Positions 16,065 through 24,000 of a stretch of DNA of 24,000 nt are shown piece after piece. A program made the position numbers and the translations under genes. Location: assembly GCA_937920585.1 (NCBI GenBank), contig CAKZSB010000026.1, forward strand, positions 22,984 through 46,983. The letters run 5' to 3'. The notes under the pieces were generated by a model, which saw only the letters and a list, made by a program, of their open reading frames with translations, was not told where the DNA came from and did no database searches. This DNA comes from an uncultured Granulosicoccaceae bacterium. GTDB taxonomy: Bacteria; Pseudomonadota; Gammaproteobacteria; Granulosicoccales; Granulosicoccaceae. The first letter of the stretch is position 1. Each line of letters opens with the position of its first letter.

Positions 16065-16379
16065 CTATTTTAGAGAAGAGAGATAGGCGGCGATGTCGGC
16101 GATATCGTCGTCGCTCAATGACGCAGCGTTAGCGTGCATAGTGCCGTGTGATCGCTGCTTGTCGCGATAGGCTTTCAACGCCGCAATCAGGTAATCCGCG
16201 TGCTGACCACCGATTTTCGGCACATGGTATGTGGGGTAGGTATTCACATAGAGCGGTATACCGTGGCAACCGAGGCAGGTTTCCGCTTTGACTCGACCCG
16301 CTTCGGGGTCGGCCGCCTGCACAGACTGCATCCCTGTGACAAGACACAAAAAAACGCTCGCTAGCGCCAGTTTTTTCAT
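16065..16379 (-). CDS. Monoheme class I c-type cytochrome (cytochrome c4 domain-like)
   Basis: Signal peptide MKKLALASVFLCLVTGMQSVQA, haem motif CLGCHG, PKIGGQHADYLIAALKAYRDKQRSHGTMH (Met ligand region), LSDDDIADIAAYLSS. It lies 10 nt upstream of the second cytochrome gene. Confidence 0.8.
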   Translation of the reverse strand: MKKLALASVFLCLVTGMQSVQAADPEAGRVKAETCLGCHGIPLYVNTYPTYHVPKIGGQHADYLIAALKAYRDKQRSHGTMHANAASLSDDDIADIAAYLSSLK

Positions 16380-16598
16380 TGAATTTACGCCATTTTCTGG
16401 TTGGTCGGTCTATCGGAGGCCATGCATCCGTTGCAATTCATGCCCCGATTCATCCTTTTGCGGGCCGCACTCCGAACATCTCGTCACGAGAATGATGCCG
16501 CGCATTTTACTGTGCAGTGCGGATTAATCATAGTCACCGCAGCGGCGGCTGGTGCCGCCACACATTTCCATCTGTCAAAGTCTGGTCAGATTTTCGGA

Positions 16599-18530
16599 CT
16601 AGGCGGAATCACCACCGCTGAGTTCGACAATCAGTTCATTGACTCGCTGCACGAATCCGGCCGCGTCATCGAGTTGCCCGCCTTCGGCAAGTACTGCCTG
16701 ATCGAGCAACAGCTGACTCCAGTCACCAAACCGGTCTTCGTCACTTTCAACATCCATTTTCTTAAGTATCGGATGCGATGGATTTATTTCCAGTGTCGGT
16801 TTGTTTTCGGGTATTTCATGGCCAGCCTGCTTCATCAGCTGCTGCATGTGCAACGCCATGTCCTGCTCGCCCAGCACGACGCAGGCGGGGGACGTGGTCA
16901 GTCGATGCGATACTTTTACGTCTGCAACTTTGTCGCCAAGCCTGGACGCAAGGCGTTCGACGAGCTTTTTGGCATCTTTTTCAACGGTTTCCTGCTTTTC
17001 CTTTTCGTCCTTGTCCTGCACCTCGCCCAGATCCAGATCACCCTTGGCGACCGATGTCAGCGACTTGCCATCGAATTCGTTGAGGTAGGACATCATCCAT
17101 TCGTCAACCCGGTCATACATGACCAGCACCTCGATGCCTTTCTTGGCAAAAATTTCCAGGTGAGGGCTGTTTTTGCCGGCATTGAAGCTATCTGCCGTGA
17201 TGTAGTAGATCTTGTCCTGCCCGGCCTGCATGCGAGCGATATAGGCAGACAGGCTGACATTCTGGGCTTCGGTTCCGCCATGAGTAGAGGCGAAGCGGTA
17301 GAGTCCGGCGACTTGCTCTTTGTTGGCAAAGTCCTCACCCGGCGCTTCCTTCAGGCAGCGACCGAACGCATCCCAGAAGCCCTGGTACTTTTCAGGCTCG
17401 TTGTCGGCCATATTTTCAAGCAGCGAAAGCACCTTCTTGACCGACGCGCCTCGAATGCTCTCGATGGCCTTGTTGCTCTGCAGAATTTCGCGCGATACGT
17501 TCAGTGGCAAATCGCTGGAATCGACGAGCCCGCGAACAAATCGCAGGTAGCGCGGCATCATCTTTTCCGTTTCATCCATGATGAAAACACGCTGCACGTA
17601 CAGCTTTATACCGTGATGCTGGTTGTGGTCGTATAGATCGAACGGTGCTTTTTTCGGCAGATACAGCAGCGAGGTATACTCATATTTGCCCTCTACCCGA
17701 TTGTGCGACCAGGCCAGCGGATCTTCCCAGTCGTGGCCGATCTGCTTGTAGAACGCTTTGTACTCGTCGTCGCTGATGTCTTTCTTGGGGCGAGTCCAGA
17801 GCGCTGAGGCGTCATTGATTTTCTCAAGTTGCGGCTCTTTCGGCTCTGCGGCGTCGTCTTTTTCGGCATCCGGATCCTCGTGGACAACCTCCAGCATCAT
17901 GATCGGGAAAGTGATGTGATCAGAGTACTTCTTGATCACACTGCGCAGGCGCCAGTTGTCGGCATATTCGACGCTGTCTTCGCGCAGGTACAGGGTCACT
18001 GAGGTGCCTTTTTCGGCCTTCTCAATGGTATCCAGCTGATAGGTGCCCGTGGCTTCGCTCTCCCACCGAACCCCGGCCGAGCTTTCATCGCCTGCGCGTC
18101 GAGTCTCCAGCACGACTTTGTCAGCCACTACAAATGCCGAGTAAAAACCGACACCGAACTGGCCGATCAACTGGGCGTCCTGTTGCTGGTCCCCGGTGAG
18201 CGAATCGAGAAACTGGCGCGTACCGGATTTGGCTATTGTGCCAATGTTGCCGATCACTTCCTCGCGATTCATGCCGATGCCATTATCGCTGACGGTTACG
18301 GTCTTTGCGTCGGCGTCGAACGCGACAGTGATGGCGAGCTCCGCGCCGCCTTCGTTCAGCGCGTCATCGGCAACCGCCTCAAAGCGCAATTTGTCACAGG
18401 CATCCGACGCATTGGAAATCAGCTCGCGAAGGAATATCTCCTTGTTCGAATACAGTGAGTGGATCATCAGCTTCAGCAGCTGATTGACCTCGGCCTGAAA
18501 CTCCATTTTTTCGCCGGTAGCTTCTGTCAT
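16599..18530 (-). CDS. htpG: Molecular chaperone HtpG (Hsp90)
   Basis: FQAEVNQLLKLMIHSLYSNKEIFLRELISNASDACDKLRF, DNGIGM, GQFGVGFYSAF; full-length colinearity with bacterial Hsp90 (643 aa). Confidence 0.97.
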   Translation of the reverse strand: MTEATGEKMEFQAEVNQLLKLMIHSLYSNKEIFLRELISNASDACDKLRFEAVADDALNEGGAELAITVAFDADAKTVTVSDNGIGMNREEVIGNIGTIAKSGTRQFLDSLTGDQQQDAQLIGQFGVGFYSAFVVADKVVLETRRAGDESSAGVRWESEATGTYQLDTIEKAEKGTSVTLYLREDSVEYADNWRLRSVIKKYSDHITFPIMMLEVVHEDPDAEKDDAAEPKEPQLEKINDASALWTRPKKDISDDEYKAFYKQIGHDWEDPLAWSHNRVEGKYEYTSLLYLPKKAPFDLYDHNQHHGIKLYVQRVFIMDETEKMMPRYLRFVRGLVDSSDLPLNVSREILQSNKAIESIRGASVKKVLSLLENMADNEPEKYQGFWDAFGRCLKEAPGEDFANKEQVAGLYRFASTHGGTEAQNVSLSAYIARMQAGQDKIYYITADSFNAGKNSPHLEIFAKKGIEVLVMYDRVDEWMMSYLNEFDGKSLTSVAKGDLDLGEVQDKDEKEKQETVEKDAKKLVERLASRLGDKVADVKVSHRLTTSPACVVLGEQDMALHMQQLMKQAGHEIPENKPTLEINPSHPILKKMDVESDEDRFGDWSQLLLDQAVLAEGGQLDDAAGFVQRVNELIVELSGGDSA

Positions 18531-18630
18531 TTTTTCATGAACCCGTATATCGAAATGAATTTACTGGATCCCGGTCGCGGACCGCTGATCCCTCTTCGGC
18601 GTGGCATTCCACGCGACTAAACGATCAACT

Positions 18631-18658
18631 ACCTGAGGACATACCGACTGTTTTCAAG
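18631..18658 (-). promoter_or_regulatory. Sigma-32 (heat-shock) type promoter upstream of htpG
   Basis: The minus strand reads CTTGAAA (18658-18652), a 13-nt spacer, then CCTCAGGT (18638-18631). The consensus is CTTGAAA-N13/14-CCCCATNT: the -35 is exact and the -10 matches 5/8. About 100 nt upstream of the htpG ATG. Confidence 0.5.
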
Positions 18659-18717
18659 CGCTCATGCCGGATGTGATTGCGACGGTGGCACAGTCGTCAG
18701 GGGCAGTGACCATGCAG

Positions 18718-18742
18718 CACGGCGGCCATTGCGACCGCCGTG
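18718..18742 (-). terminator. GC-rich hairpin downstream of rplS (possible operon terminator)
   Basis: CACGGCGG (18718-18725) / CCGCCGTG (18735-18742), 8-bp stem and 9-nt loop, 24 nt past the rplS stop. There is no U-run after it on the minus strand, so the assignment is tentative. Confidence 0.3.
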
Positions 18743-18765
18743 TGGAAATTTTCCTGCCGCGAAAC

Positions 18766-19110
18766 CTAAAGCTTTTCTTTGATTCTCGCAGCCTTGCCCG
18801 TCAGGCCACGCAGGTAGTAGAGCTTGGATCGACGCACGTCACCACGGCGCTTGACGTTGATGTCAGCAATCATCGGGCTGTAGGTTTGAAAAACCCGTTC
18901 AACCCCTTCACCGTGAGAGATTTTGCGTACCGTAAATGCCGAATTCAGACCGCGATTGCGTTTGGCAATGACGACGCCCTCAAACGCCTGTTGCCGTTCG
19001 CGATTACCTTCCTTCACCACCACACTGACCACAACGGTATCACCCGGTGCAAATGCAGGAATCTCTTTTTGCATCTGCTCCGCATTCAATGCATCAATAA
19101 TATTGCTCAT
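18766..19110 (-). CDS. rplS: 50S ribosomal protein L19
   Basis: [25 protein letters not shown]...[42 protein letters not shown]; last gene of the rpsP-rimM-trmD-rplS cluster. Confidence 0.97.
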   Translation of the reverse strand: MSNIIDALNAEQMQKEIPAFAPGDTVVVSVVVKEGNRERQQAFEGVVIAKRNRGLNSAFTVRKISHGEGVERVFQTYSPMIADINVKRRGDVRRSKLYYLRGLTGKAARIKEKL

Positions 19111-19166
19111 GAGGTTTGAACTCTAATCCAGTTTGTATTCATTAGCCGGCGAACCCTGCGGATTCA

Positions 19167-19889
19167 CTAACCCTTGTCTTCTTTATGCCGCGCTGGCCGG
19201 TCGGCCAGTAAGTCCGGACGTCGCTGCCGAGTGCGCTGCAGTGCCTGACCTTGTCGCCACTCCGCGATCGCCTGGTGGTCACCACTGCGCAGTACATCGG
19301 GTACCGCGACCCCGTCGTAGACCGCCGGACGAGTGTAGTGGGGATGATCCAGCATGCCATCGGTGGCAAAGGAATCGGCCACCGCTGACTCTTCATGCCC
19401 CAACACGCCCGGAATCTGCCGTGCCACTGCGTCAATAACCACCATGGCAGCCAACTCGCCACCACTCAACACATAGTCGCCCAGCGAAATTTCGCGGTCG
19501 ACCTTGCGCTGCACAACACGTTCATCAATTCCTTCGTACCGGCCGGCAACCAACACCAGGTCCGGCAAGCGGGCCAACTCCATCACCAGCGAGTGAGTCA
19601 GCTGTTCGCCCTGCGGGCTCATGTACACCACAACTGGCTTGCCCGCATGAGCGGCGCTGGCTGAATCAATCGCAGATTCAAGAGGCGCCGCCATCATTAC
19701 CATCCCGGGTCCGCCGCCGAATGGACGGTCATCCACCGAGTTGTGGCGATCAGTTGCGAAATCCCGCGGATTAGTGCAACTCACTGCCAGCAATTTTCTG
19801 TCAATCGCCCGGCCGGTTACCCCGCTCCGGGTTACCGCAGCCACCAGTTCCGGGAAGAGCGTTACGACGGATATCGTCGTTGCACTCAA
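19167..19889 (-). CDS. trmD: tRNA (guanine37-N1)-methyltransferase
   Basis: [42 protein letters not shown]. The TTG start at 19887-19889 overlaps the rimM stop (TTGA). No alternative start lies before the conserved N-terminus. Confidence 0.95.
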   Translation of the reverse strand: MSATTISVVTLFPELVAAVTRSGVTGRAIDRKLLAVSCTNPRDFATDRHNSVDDRPFGGGPGMVMMAAPLESAIDSASAAHAGKPVVVYMSPQGEQLTHSLVMELARLPDLVLVAGRYEGIDERVVQRKVDREISLGDYVLSGGELAAMVVIDAVARQIPGVLGHEESAVADSFATDGMLDHPHYTRPAVYDGVAVPDVLRSGDHQAIAEWRQGQALQRTRQRRPDLLADRPARHKEDKG

Positions 19890-20410
19890 AAATCAGGATC
19901 CCAGTCGACTACGATCTTTCCGTTTTCCTGATCGACGTTCACGATCACATCGTCCATGATCCAGGGTATCAACCGCTCCCGGTCGCCATTCACAACCAGG
20001 ACGTCGTTGGCGCCGGTTTCCATCATCGACGCAACCTGCCCGAACGCTGTCCCCTGCTGATCCTCGACGTCCATGCCGATTAGGTCCATCCAGTAAAAGC
20101 CTTCGTCAAGCTGAGGCAGACTCTCGCGCGCGACCTGAATCTGCGCGCCAGTCAGCATAGCGGCGGCATCGCGATCGTCGATGCCCTCGAGCCGGATCAC
20201 CAGCCCTTTGCCATGCGGCTTTCCTTCTGCCACCACTCTTTCCGAGAGCTTGCCCTGCTGAACCAGCTGCCAGCCTTCGTAATTCAGTATTCCGATTACG
20301 GGGTCAGTAAATGACTGGACCTTCAGCCATCCGCGAACCCCGTAGGGCGCACCAATTTTCCCAACGGTTACAACATTTTGCGCATCCCTGGCCACAGCGT
20401 TTGCGCTCAA
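19886..20410 (-). CDS. rimM: Ribosome maturation factor RimM
   Basis: [27 protein letters not shown]-barrel-like C-terminus, and position between rpsP and trmD. The track start is TTG (20408-20410); a GTG 5 codons downstream is an alternative. Confidence 0.9.
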   Translation of the reverse strand: MSANAVARDAQNVVTVGKIGAPYGVRGWLKVQSFTDPVIGILNYEGWQLVQQGKLSERVVAEGKPHGKGLVIRLEGIDDRDAAAMLTGAQIQVARESLPQLDEGFYWMDLIGMDVEDQQGTAFGQVASMMETGANDVLVVNGDRERLIPWIMDDVIVNVDQENGKIVVDWDPDF

Positions 20411-20420
20411 AACCCACTAA

Positions 20421-20684
20421 CTAGGCTGCTTCAGCTTGCGCTTTCTTATAGCCCTTGACGAGTTTGGCAACCCGCGGAGACAGCTGTGCGCCGTGACCAA
20501 CCCAGTGATCAATGCGGTCGAGTTCGAGTCTGAGGGTTACCGGCGTTATCTCGCTGGCCATCGGGTTATAGAAACCAACTCGCTCCAGATAACGACCATC
20601 GCGGCGATTGCGGCTGTCTGTGACGACTACCTGGTAAAAAGGTTGTTTTTTCGCGCCACCGCGCGACAATCTGATTGTGACCAT
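20421..20684 (-). CDS. rpsP: 30S ribosomal protein S16
   Basis: [42 protein letters not shown] use the ATG at 20682-20684; the 15-codon upstream extension in the track ORF is not S16-like. Confidence 0.95.
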   Translation of the reverse strand: MVTIRLSRGGAKKQPFYQVVVTDSRNRRDGRYLERVGFYNPMASEITPVTLRLELDRIDHWVGHGAQLSPRVAKLVKGYKKAQAEAA

Positions 20685-20783
20685 CTTCTTTCCGTTGTAC
20701 GGGAGCGACGCCCTCTGGCAGCCCTCCACGGTGAAACCCTCAAGTGTACTACAAAGCTCGGCAGAATAAAGCCTGTCCGCAGA

Positions 20784-22142
20784 TTAAATGCCCATCCCGG
20801 GGGGCAACTGCCCTTTCATGCCGCGCAACATCTTCTTCATTCCGCCGCGCGCCATCTTTTTCATCATCTTGCTCATCTGCGCATGCTGCTTCATGAGCTT
20901 GTTGATCTCCTGCACCTGGGTTCCGGATCCCATCGCGATGCGTCGCTTGCGAGACCCTTTGATCACCGCCGGAAATTTTCGCTCGTGTGGTGTCATCGAG
21001 TTGATGATCGCGATGGTGCGGCGGATTTCCTTGTCATTCGCCTGATTCTTGACGGCATCGGGCAGATTCGCCGCGCCGGGCAATTTATCGATGAACGAGG
21101 ACATGCCGCCCATTTTCAGCATCTGCTCCATCTGGTCGCGCAAATCGAGCATATCGAATGACTTGCCCTTATTGATTTTGCGTGCCAGCTTTTCCGCTTT
21201 CTGGTGATCGACTTTCTCCTGCACTTCCTCGACCAGACTGACCACGTCGCCCATACCCAGGATGCGCGAGGCGATGCGGTCGGGGTGGAAAGTCTCCAGG
21301 GCGGTAAGCTTTTCACCTGCACCGATAAATTTGATCGGTTTGCCTGTCACCATGCGAACCGACAGCGCCGCACCGCCGCGCGCATCACCGTCCGTTTTGG
21401 TCAGCACCACGCCAGTGAGCGGCAGCGTCTCGCCAAAGGCGGCAGCCGTGTTCGCGGCATCCTGGCCGGTCATGCTATCGACGACGAACAGCGTCTCGGC
21501 CGGCTGCAAAGTTGTGTTGAGCTGACTGATTTCGTCCATCATTTCCTGATCGACAGCCAGGCGACCGGCGGTATCGACGATCAGCACGTCAATGAACTGC
21601 TTACGCGCCTGATCCAGCGCGTTCTTTGCGATGTCGACAGGTTTCTGATCGGGCTCGCTGGGATAGAAAGCCACGTCGATGTCGGTGGCGAGCTTCTGCA
21701 ACTGTGCAATCGCCGCAGGACGGTAGACGTCACAGCTGACGACCATCACCTTGCGCTTGTCACGCTCCTTTAGCCGCAACGCCAGCTTGCCGGTGGTGGT
21801 GGTTTTACCCGAGCCCTGCAAGCCGGCCATCAGTACGACGGCCGGTGGCTGAGTATTGAGCTCCAGACCAACCGACTGCTCGCCCATGATCTGCACCAGC
21901 TCATCATTGACGATCTTGATCAACGCCTGCCCGGGTGACAGGCTGGTAAGCACCTCCTGGCCAATCGCCTTATCGCGCACCGCGTCGATGAGCTGCTTGA
22001 CAACCGGCAGGGCAACATCGGCCTCCAGCAGCGCCAGACGCACCTCACGCAAGGTGTCCTTGACGTTTTGCTCGCTAAGCCGCCCTTGTCCGCGGAGGTT
22101 TTTTATCGAGCGATTCAGCCGTTCACTGAGGCTTTCAAACAT
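20784..22142 (-). CDS. ffh: Signal recognition particle protein Ffh
   Basis: MFESLSERL, GLQGSGKTTTTGKLA, DTAGR, TKTDGDARGGAALS, and a Met-rich M domain with a C-terminal MMKKMARGGMKKMLRGM. Confidence 0.97.
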   Translation of the reverse strand: MFESLSERLNRSIKNLRGQGRLSEQNVKDTLREVRLALLEADVALPVVKQLIDAVRDKAIGQEVLTSLSPGQALIKIVNDELVQIMGEQSVGLELNTQPPAVVLMAGLQGSGKTTTTGKLALRLKERDKRKVMVVSCDVYRPAAIAQLQKLATDIDVAFYPSEPDQKPVDIAKNALDQARKQFIDVLIVDTAGRLAVDQEMMDEISQLNTTLQPAETLFVVDSMTGQDAANTAAAFGETLPLTGVVLTKTDGDARGGAALSVRMVTGKPIKFIGAGEKLTALETFHPDRIASRILGMGDVVSLVEEVQEKVDHQKAEKLARKINKGKSFDMLDLRDQMEQMLKMGGMSSFIDKLPGAANLPDAVKNQANDKEIRRTIAIINSMTPHERKFPAVIKGSRKRRIAMGSGTQVQEINKLMKQHAQMSKMMKKMARGGMKKMLRGMKGQLPPGMGI

Positions 22143-22286
22143 TAGTGGTCACTCTGTTGGTGCAACAAAAATCATCATCCAGACCTGGATTATAAATCAA
22201 CTGGCAGGGCACAAAAGCGCCACTTGTCAGGCACACATTGCACTGTAAACCCATGTCAATCCTGCCATCCGATCAATTACTGGCGC

Positions 22287-22313
22287 TTGACAGTCGCCGG
22301 TACAGCCTATAAT
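22287..22313 (+). promoter_or_regulatory. Sigma-70-type promoter candidate for the corB-like gene
   Basis: TTGACA (22287-22292) and TATAAT (22308-22313) are both exact consensus hexamers, but they are separated by only 15 nt (optimum 17). They lie about 40 nt upstream of the start codon. Confidence 0.45.
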
Positions 22314-22352
22314 TAGTACCTACGTGCTTAGTGCAAGGTCCAACAAACTCTC

Positions 22353-23690
22353 TTGAACGACGTTTCAGCCGGCGTGATTCTCATCGCGCTCTTCTTGCTC
22401 ATTGCACTGTCGGGGTTCTTTTCCGGATCGGAAACTGCCCTGATGACGCTCAATCGCTACCGCATGCGCAACCTCGCCAAGAACGGGCATCGCGGTGCGC
22501 AAAAGGCAGCCCGACTGCTGGAGACGCCCGATCGGCTGATCGGCCTCATCCTGCTTGGCAACAACTTTGTCAATATTCTCGCCTCGGCACTGGCTACTAT
22601 AGTGGCGATGCGGGTGTGGGGAGACAAGGGGGTGGTGTTTGTCACGGGCATTCTGACCCTGGTCATTCTCATTTTTGCCGAAGTCCTGCCCAAAACCTTC
22701 GCGACGATAAAATCGGAGCGGCTGGCGTTTCCCGCCGCCCACATCTACACCCCGCTGCTTCGCTTCACCTGGCCGATTGTCTATGTCATCAATTCGGTGG
22801 TCAATCGAATGCTCGCCGCCTTTGGTGTCAACGCGCGCGAATCCGGCTCGCGAGACAAGCTCAACAGCCAGGAGCTCCGAACTGTCGTCGATGAAGCCGG
22901 TGACATGATTCCCGATCGCCACCAGAAGCTGCTGCTGAATATTCTGGATATCGAGAAGGTCACTGTCGATGAAATTATGGTGCCACGCTCCGAAATCGTC
23001 GGTATCGATCTCAACGATCCGTGGCCTGAAATCCTTAAAAATCTCGGCAACAGCTCGCACAGCCGATTGCCGGTCTACCGAGAAGACATCGATAACGTTG
23101 AGGGTTTTGTCTACCTGCGAAAAATGCTCAATTTTCTCAAAGGCCAGGAACTGACGCAGGCCTACTTCGAGAGCAACGTGCGCGAGGCCTACTTCATCCC
23201 GGAGGGCACACCGGTCACTTTGCAGTTACTGAATTTCCAGAAACAGAAAAAACGCATCGGCCTGGTGGTTGACGAGTACGGTGATATCCAGGGCCTGGTG
23301 ACGATTGAGGACATACTCGAGGAGATCGTCGGCGAATTCACCAGCGACCCGGCCCAGCAGGAGAAATTTCGCGACATTTCAGCCCTGCAGGATGGCTCCT
23401 ACAGCGTTTTGGGCAGCACCACCGTGCGCGCGCTGAACAAAGAGCTCGACTGGAACCTGCCAACCGAGGGCCCCCGGACGGTCAACGGGCTGGTACTGGA
23501 ACACCTGCAAAACATCCCGGAAAAAGGCGCCTGCTTTATCATTAACGGCCGGCCGGTTGAGGTGACCCATGTACTGGGCAATGTTGTGCAGCGAGTGAGA
23601 ATCGATATCGCCCTGCCCGACTACCAGGCGCGCGATGACAGCGATGTCGAACTGACCGAAACCAAAATGCGTGCTTCGCTACAGTCGTGA
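22353..23690 (+). CDS. corB: CNNM/CorB-type transporter (DUF21 - CBS pair - CorC/HlyC domain)
   Basis: The N-terminal DUF21 membrane domain (LLIALSGFFSGSETALMTLNRYR, LLGNNFVNI), a CBS pair (VDEIMVPRSEIVGID...; GLVVDEYGDIQGLVTIEDILEEIVGEF) and a C-terminal CorC_HlyC-like domain. It is divergent from ffh, as yfjD/corB is in enterobacteria. The start is TTG at 22353, with an alternative GTG at 22374. Confidence 0.8.
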   Translation: MNDVSAGVILIALFLLIALSGFFSGSETALMTLNRYRMRNLAKNGHRGAQKAARLLETPDRLIGLILLGNNFVNILASALATIVAMRVWGDKGVVFVTGILTLVILIFAEVLPKTFATIKSERLAFPAAHIYTPLLRFTWPIVYVINSVVNRMLAAFGVNARESGSRDKLNSQELRTVVDEAGDMIPDRHQKLLLNILDIEKVTVDEIMVPRSEIVGIDLNDPWPEILKNLGNSSHSRLPVYREDIDNVEGFVYLRKMLNFLKGQELTQAYFESNVREAYFIPEGTPVTLQLLNFQKQKKRIGLVVDEYGDIQGLVTIEDILEEIVGEFTSDPAQQEKFRDISALQDGSYSVLGSTTVRALNKELDWNLPTEGPRTVNGLVLEHLQNIPEKGACFIINGRPVEVTHVLGNVVQRVRIDIALPDYQARDDSDVELTETKMRASLQS

Positions 23691-23748
23691 CTTGACTACA
23701 ATGCCCGGCATCGCGGCGCGCGGCGCAGGTTCTGGAGCATGAGGTTCA

Positions 23749-24000
23749 TTGGCCAAAGCAAAAACATCCTATCAATGCCGATCCTGTGGTGCACTTTCGC
23801 CAAAATGGAGCGGCCAGTGTGCCGATTGCGGCGAGTGGAACTCACTTGAGGAAGGTGCTGCGCCCGCAACTGGCAAGGTGGCCACGCCGCGTTTTCAGAG
23901 TTACACCGGCAACCAGTCGACAATAACCTCGATAGAGCACGTCACGCTCGACGAGCAACCGCGCACCAGTTGCGGCCTGCCTGAACTCGATCGCGCCATG
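23749..24000 (+). CDS. radA: DNA repair protein RadA/Sms, N-terminal part (continues beyond window)
   Basis: Absent from the ORF track because there is no stop in the window. My translation from TTG 23749 is MAKAKTSYQCRSCGALSPKWSGQCADCGEWNSLEE...GLPELDRAM. This is the RadA zinc finger CxxC-x10-CxxC and N-terminus (E. coli MAKAPKRAFVCNECGADYPRWQGQCSACHAWNT). An in-frame TGA at 23740-23742 forces the TTG start; GAGG SD at 23741-23744. Confidence 0.85.
   Translation, partial: MAKAKTSYQCRSCGALSPKWSGQCADCGEWNSLEEGAAPATGKVATPRFQSYTGNQSTITSIEHVTLDEQPRTSCGLPELDRAM

Noticed and set aside
15710-16379. Possibility that the two cytochrome genes are a dihaem cytochrome c4 pseudogene split by a stop codon
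   Set aside because: The downstream gene has its own ATG and a complete signal peptide (MINRLTISGCLAAAVLAISGAANA), which a C-terminal half-domain of an intact c4 would not have.
16401-17636. 411-aa ORF on the + strand
   Set aside because: It lies entirely antisense to htpG, whose identity is unambiguous. The translated sequence is low-complexity with no recognisable motif. This is a typical shadow ORF in GC-rich coding DNA.
20436-21161. 241-aa ORF on the + strand
   Set aside because: It is antisense to rpsP and the 3' part of ffh. His/Leu/Arg-rich and motif-free; a shadow ORF.
22365-23060. 231-aa ORF on the - strand
   Set aside because: It is antisense to the corB-like gene, which has clear DUF21/CBS motifs. 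No motifs of its own.
23696-23923. 75-aa ORF on the - strand
   Set aside because: It is antisense to the clearly recognisable radA N-terminus (zinc-finger motif) on the + strand.

Overview
This window looks like an ordinary chromosomal segment from a gammaproteobacterium-like genome. Supporting synteny: ffh / rpsP-rimM-trmD-rplS, htpG, pcnB, mscL, a corB-like gene and radA. I call 26 protein-coding genes, 22 of them on the minus strand, tightly packed and all apparently intact. I found no rRNA, tRNA, CRISPR array, transposase, integrase, phage gene or recognisable defence gene. Most of the window is housekeeping: translation and SRP, a chaperone, ion channels, ammonium uptake and RNA turnover.

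Two modules are less well understood.

1. A radical-SAM (ArsS-type, Cys-rich tail) + family-2 glycosyltransferase + DUF2064 transferase cassette lies at 12.9-15.2 kb. No arsenic genes are nearby.
2. A signalling unit lies at 3.7-8.5 kb. It has an OmpR-type response regulator, a secreted LysM-FecR-domain protein and a CHASE2 sensor histidine kinase.

Other points worth a second look:
- An unusually high share of TTG start codons, about 9 of 26 genes. Several are forced by upstream in-frame stops or by conserved N-termini.
- The order amtB -> glnK, the reverse of the enterobacterial order.
- Two tandem monoheme c4-type cytochromes.
- Several strong inverted repeats in intergenic regions.
- radA at the 3' edge (TTG start at 23749) is absent from the supplied ORF track because it runs off the window.

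All family assignments come from reading motifs by eye and from memory. No search was run.
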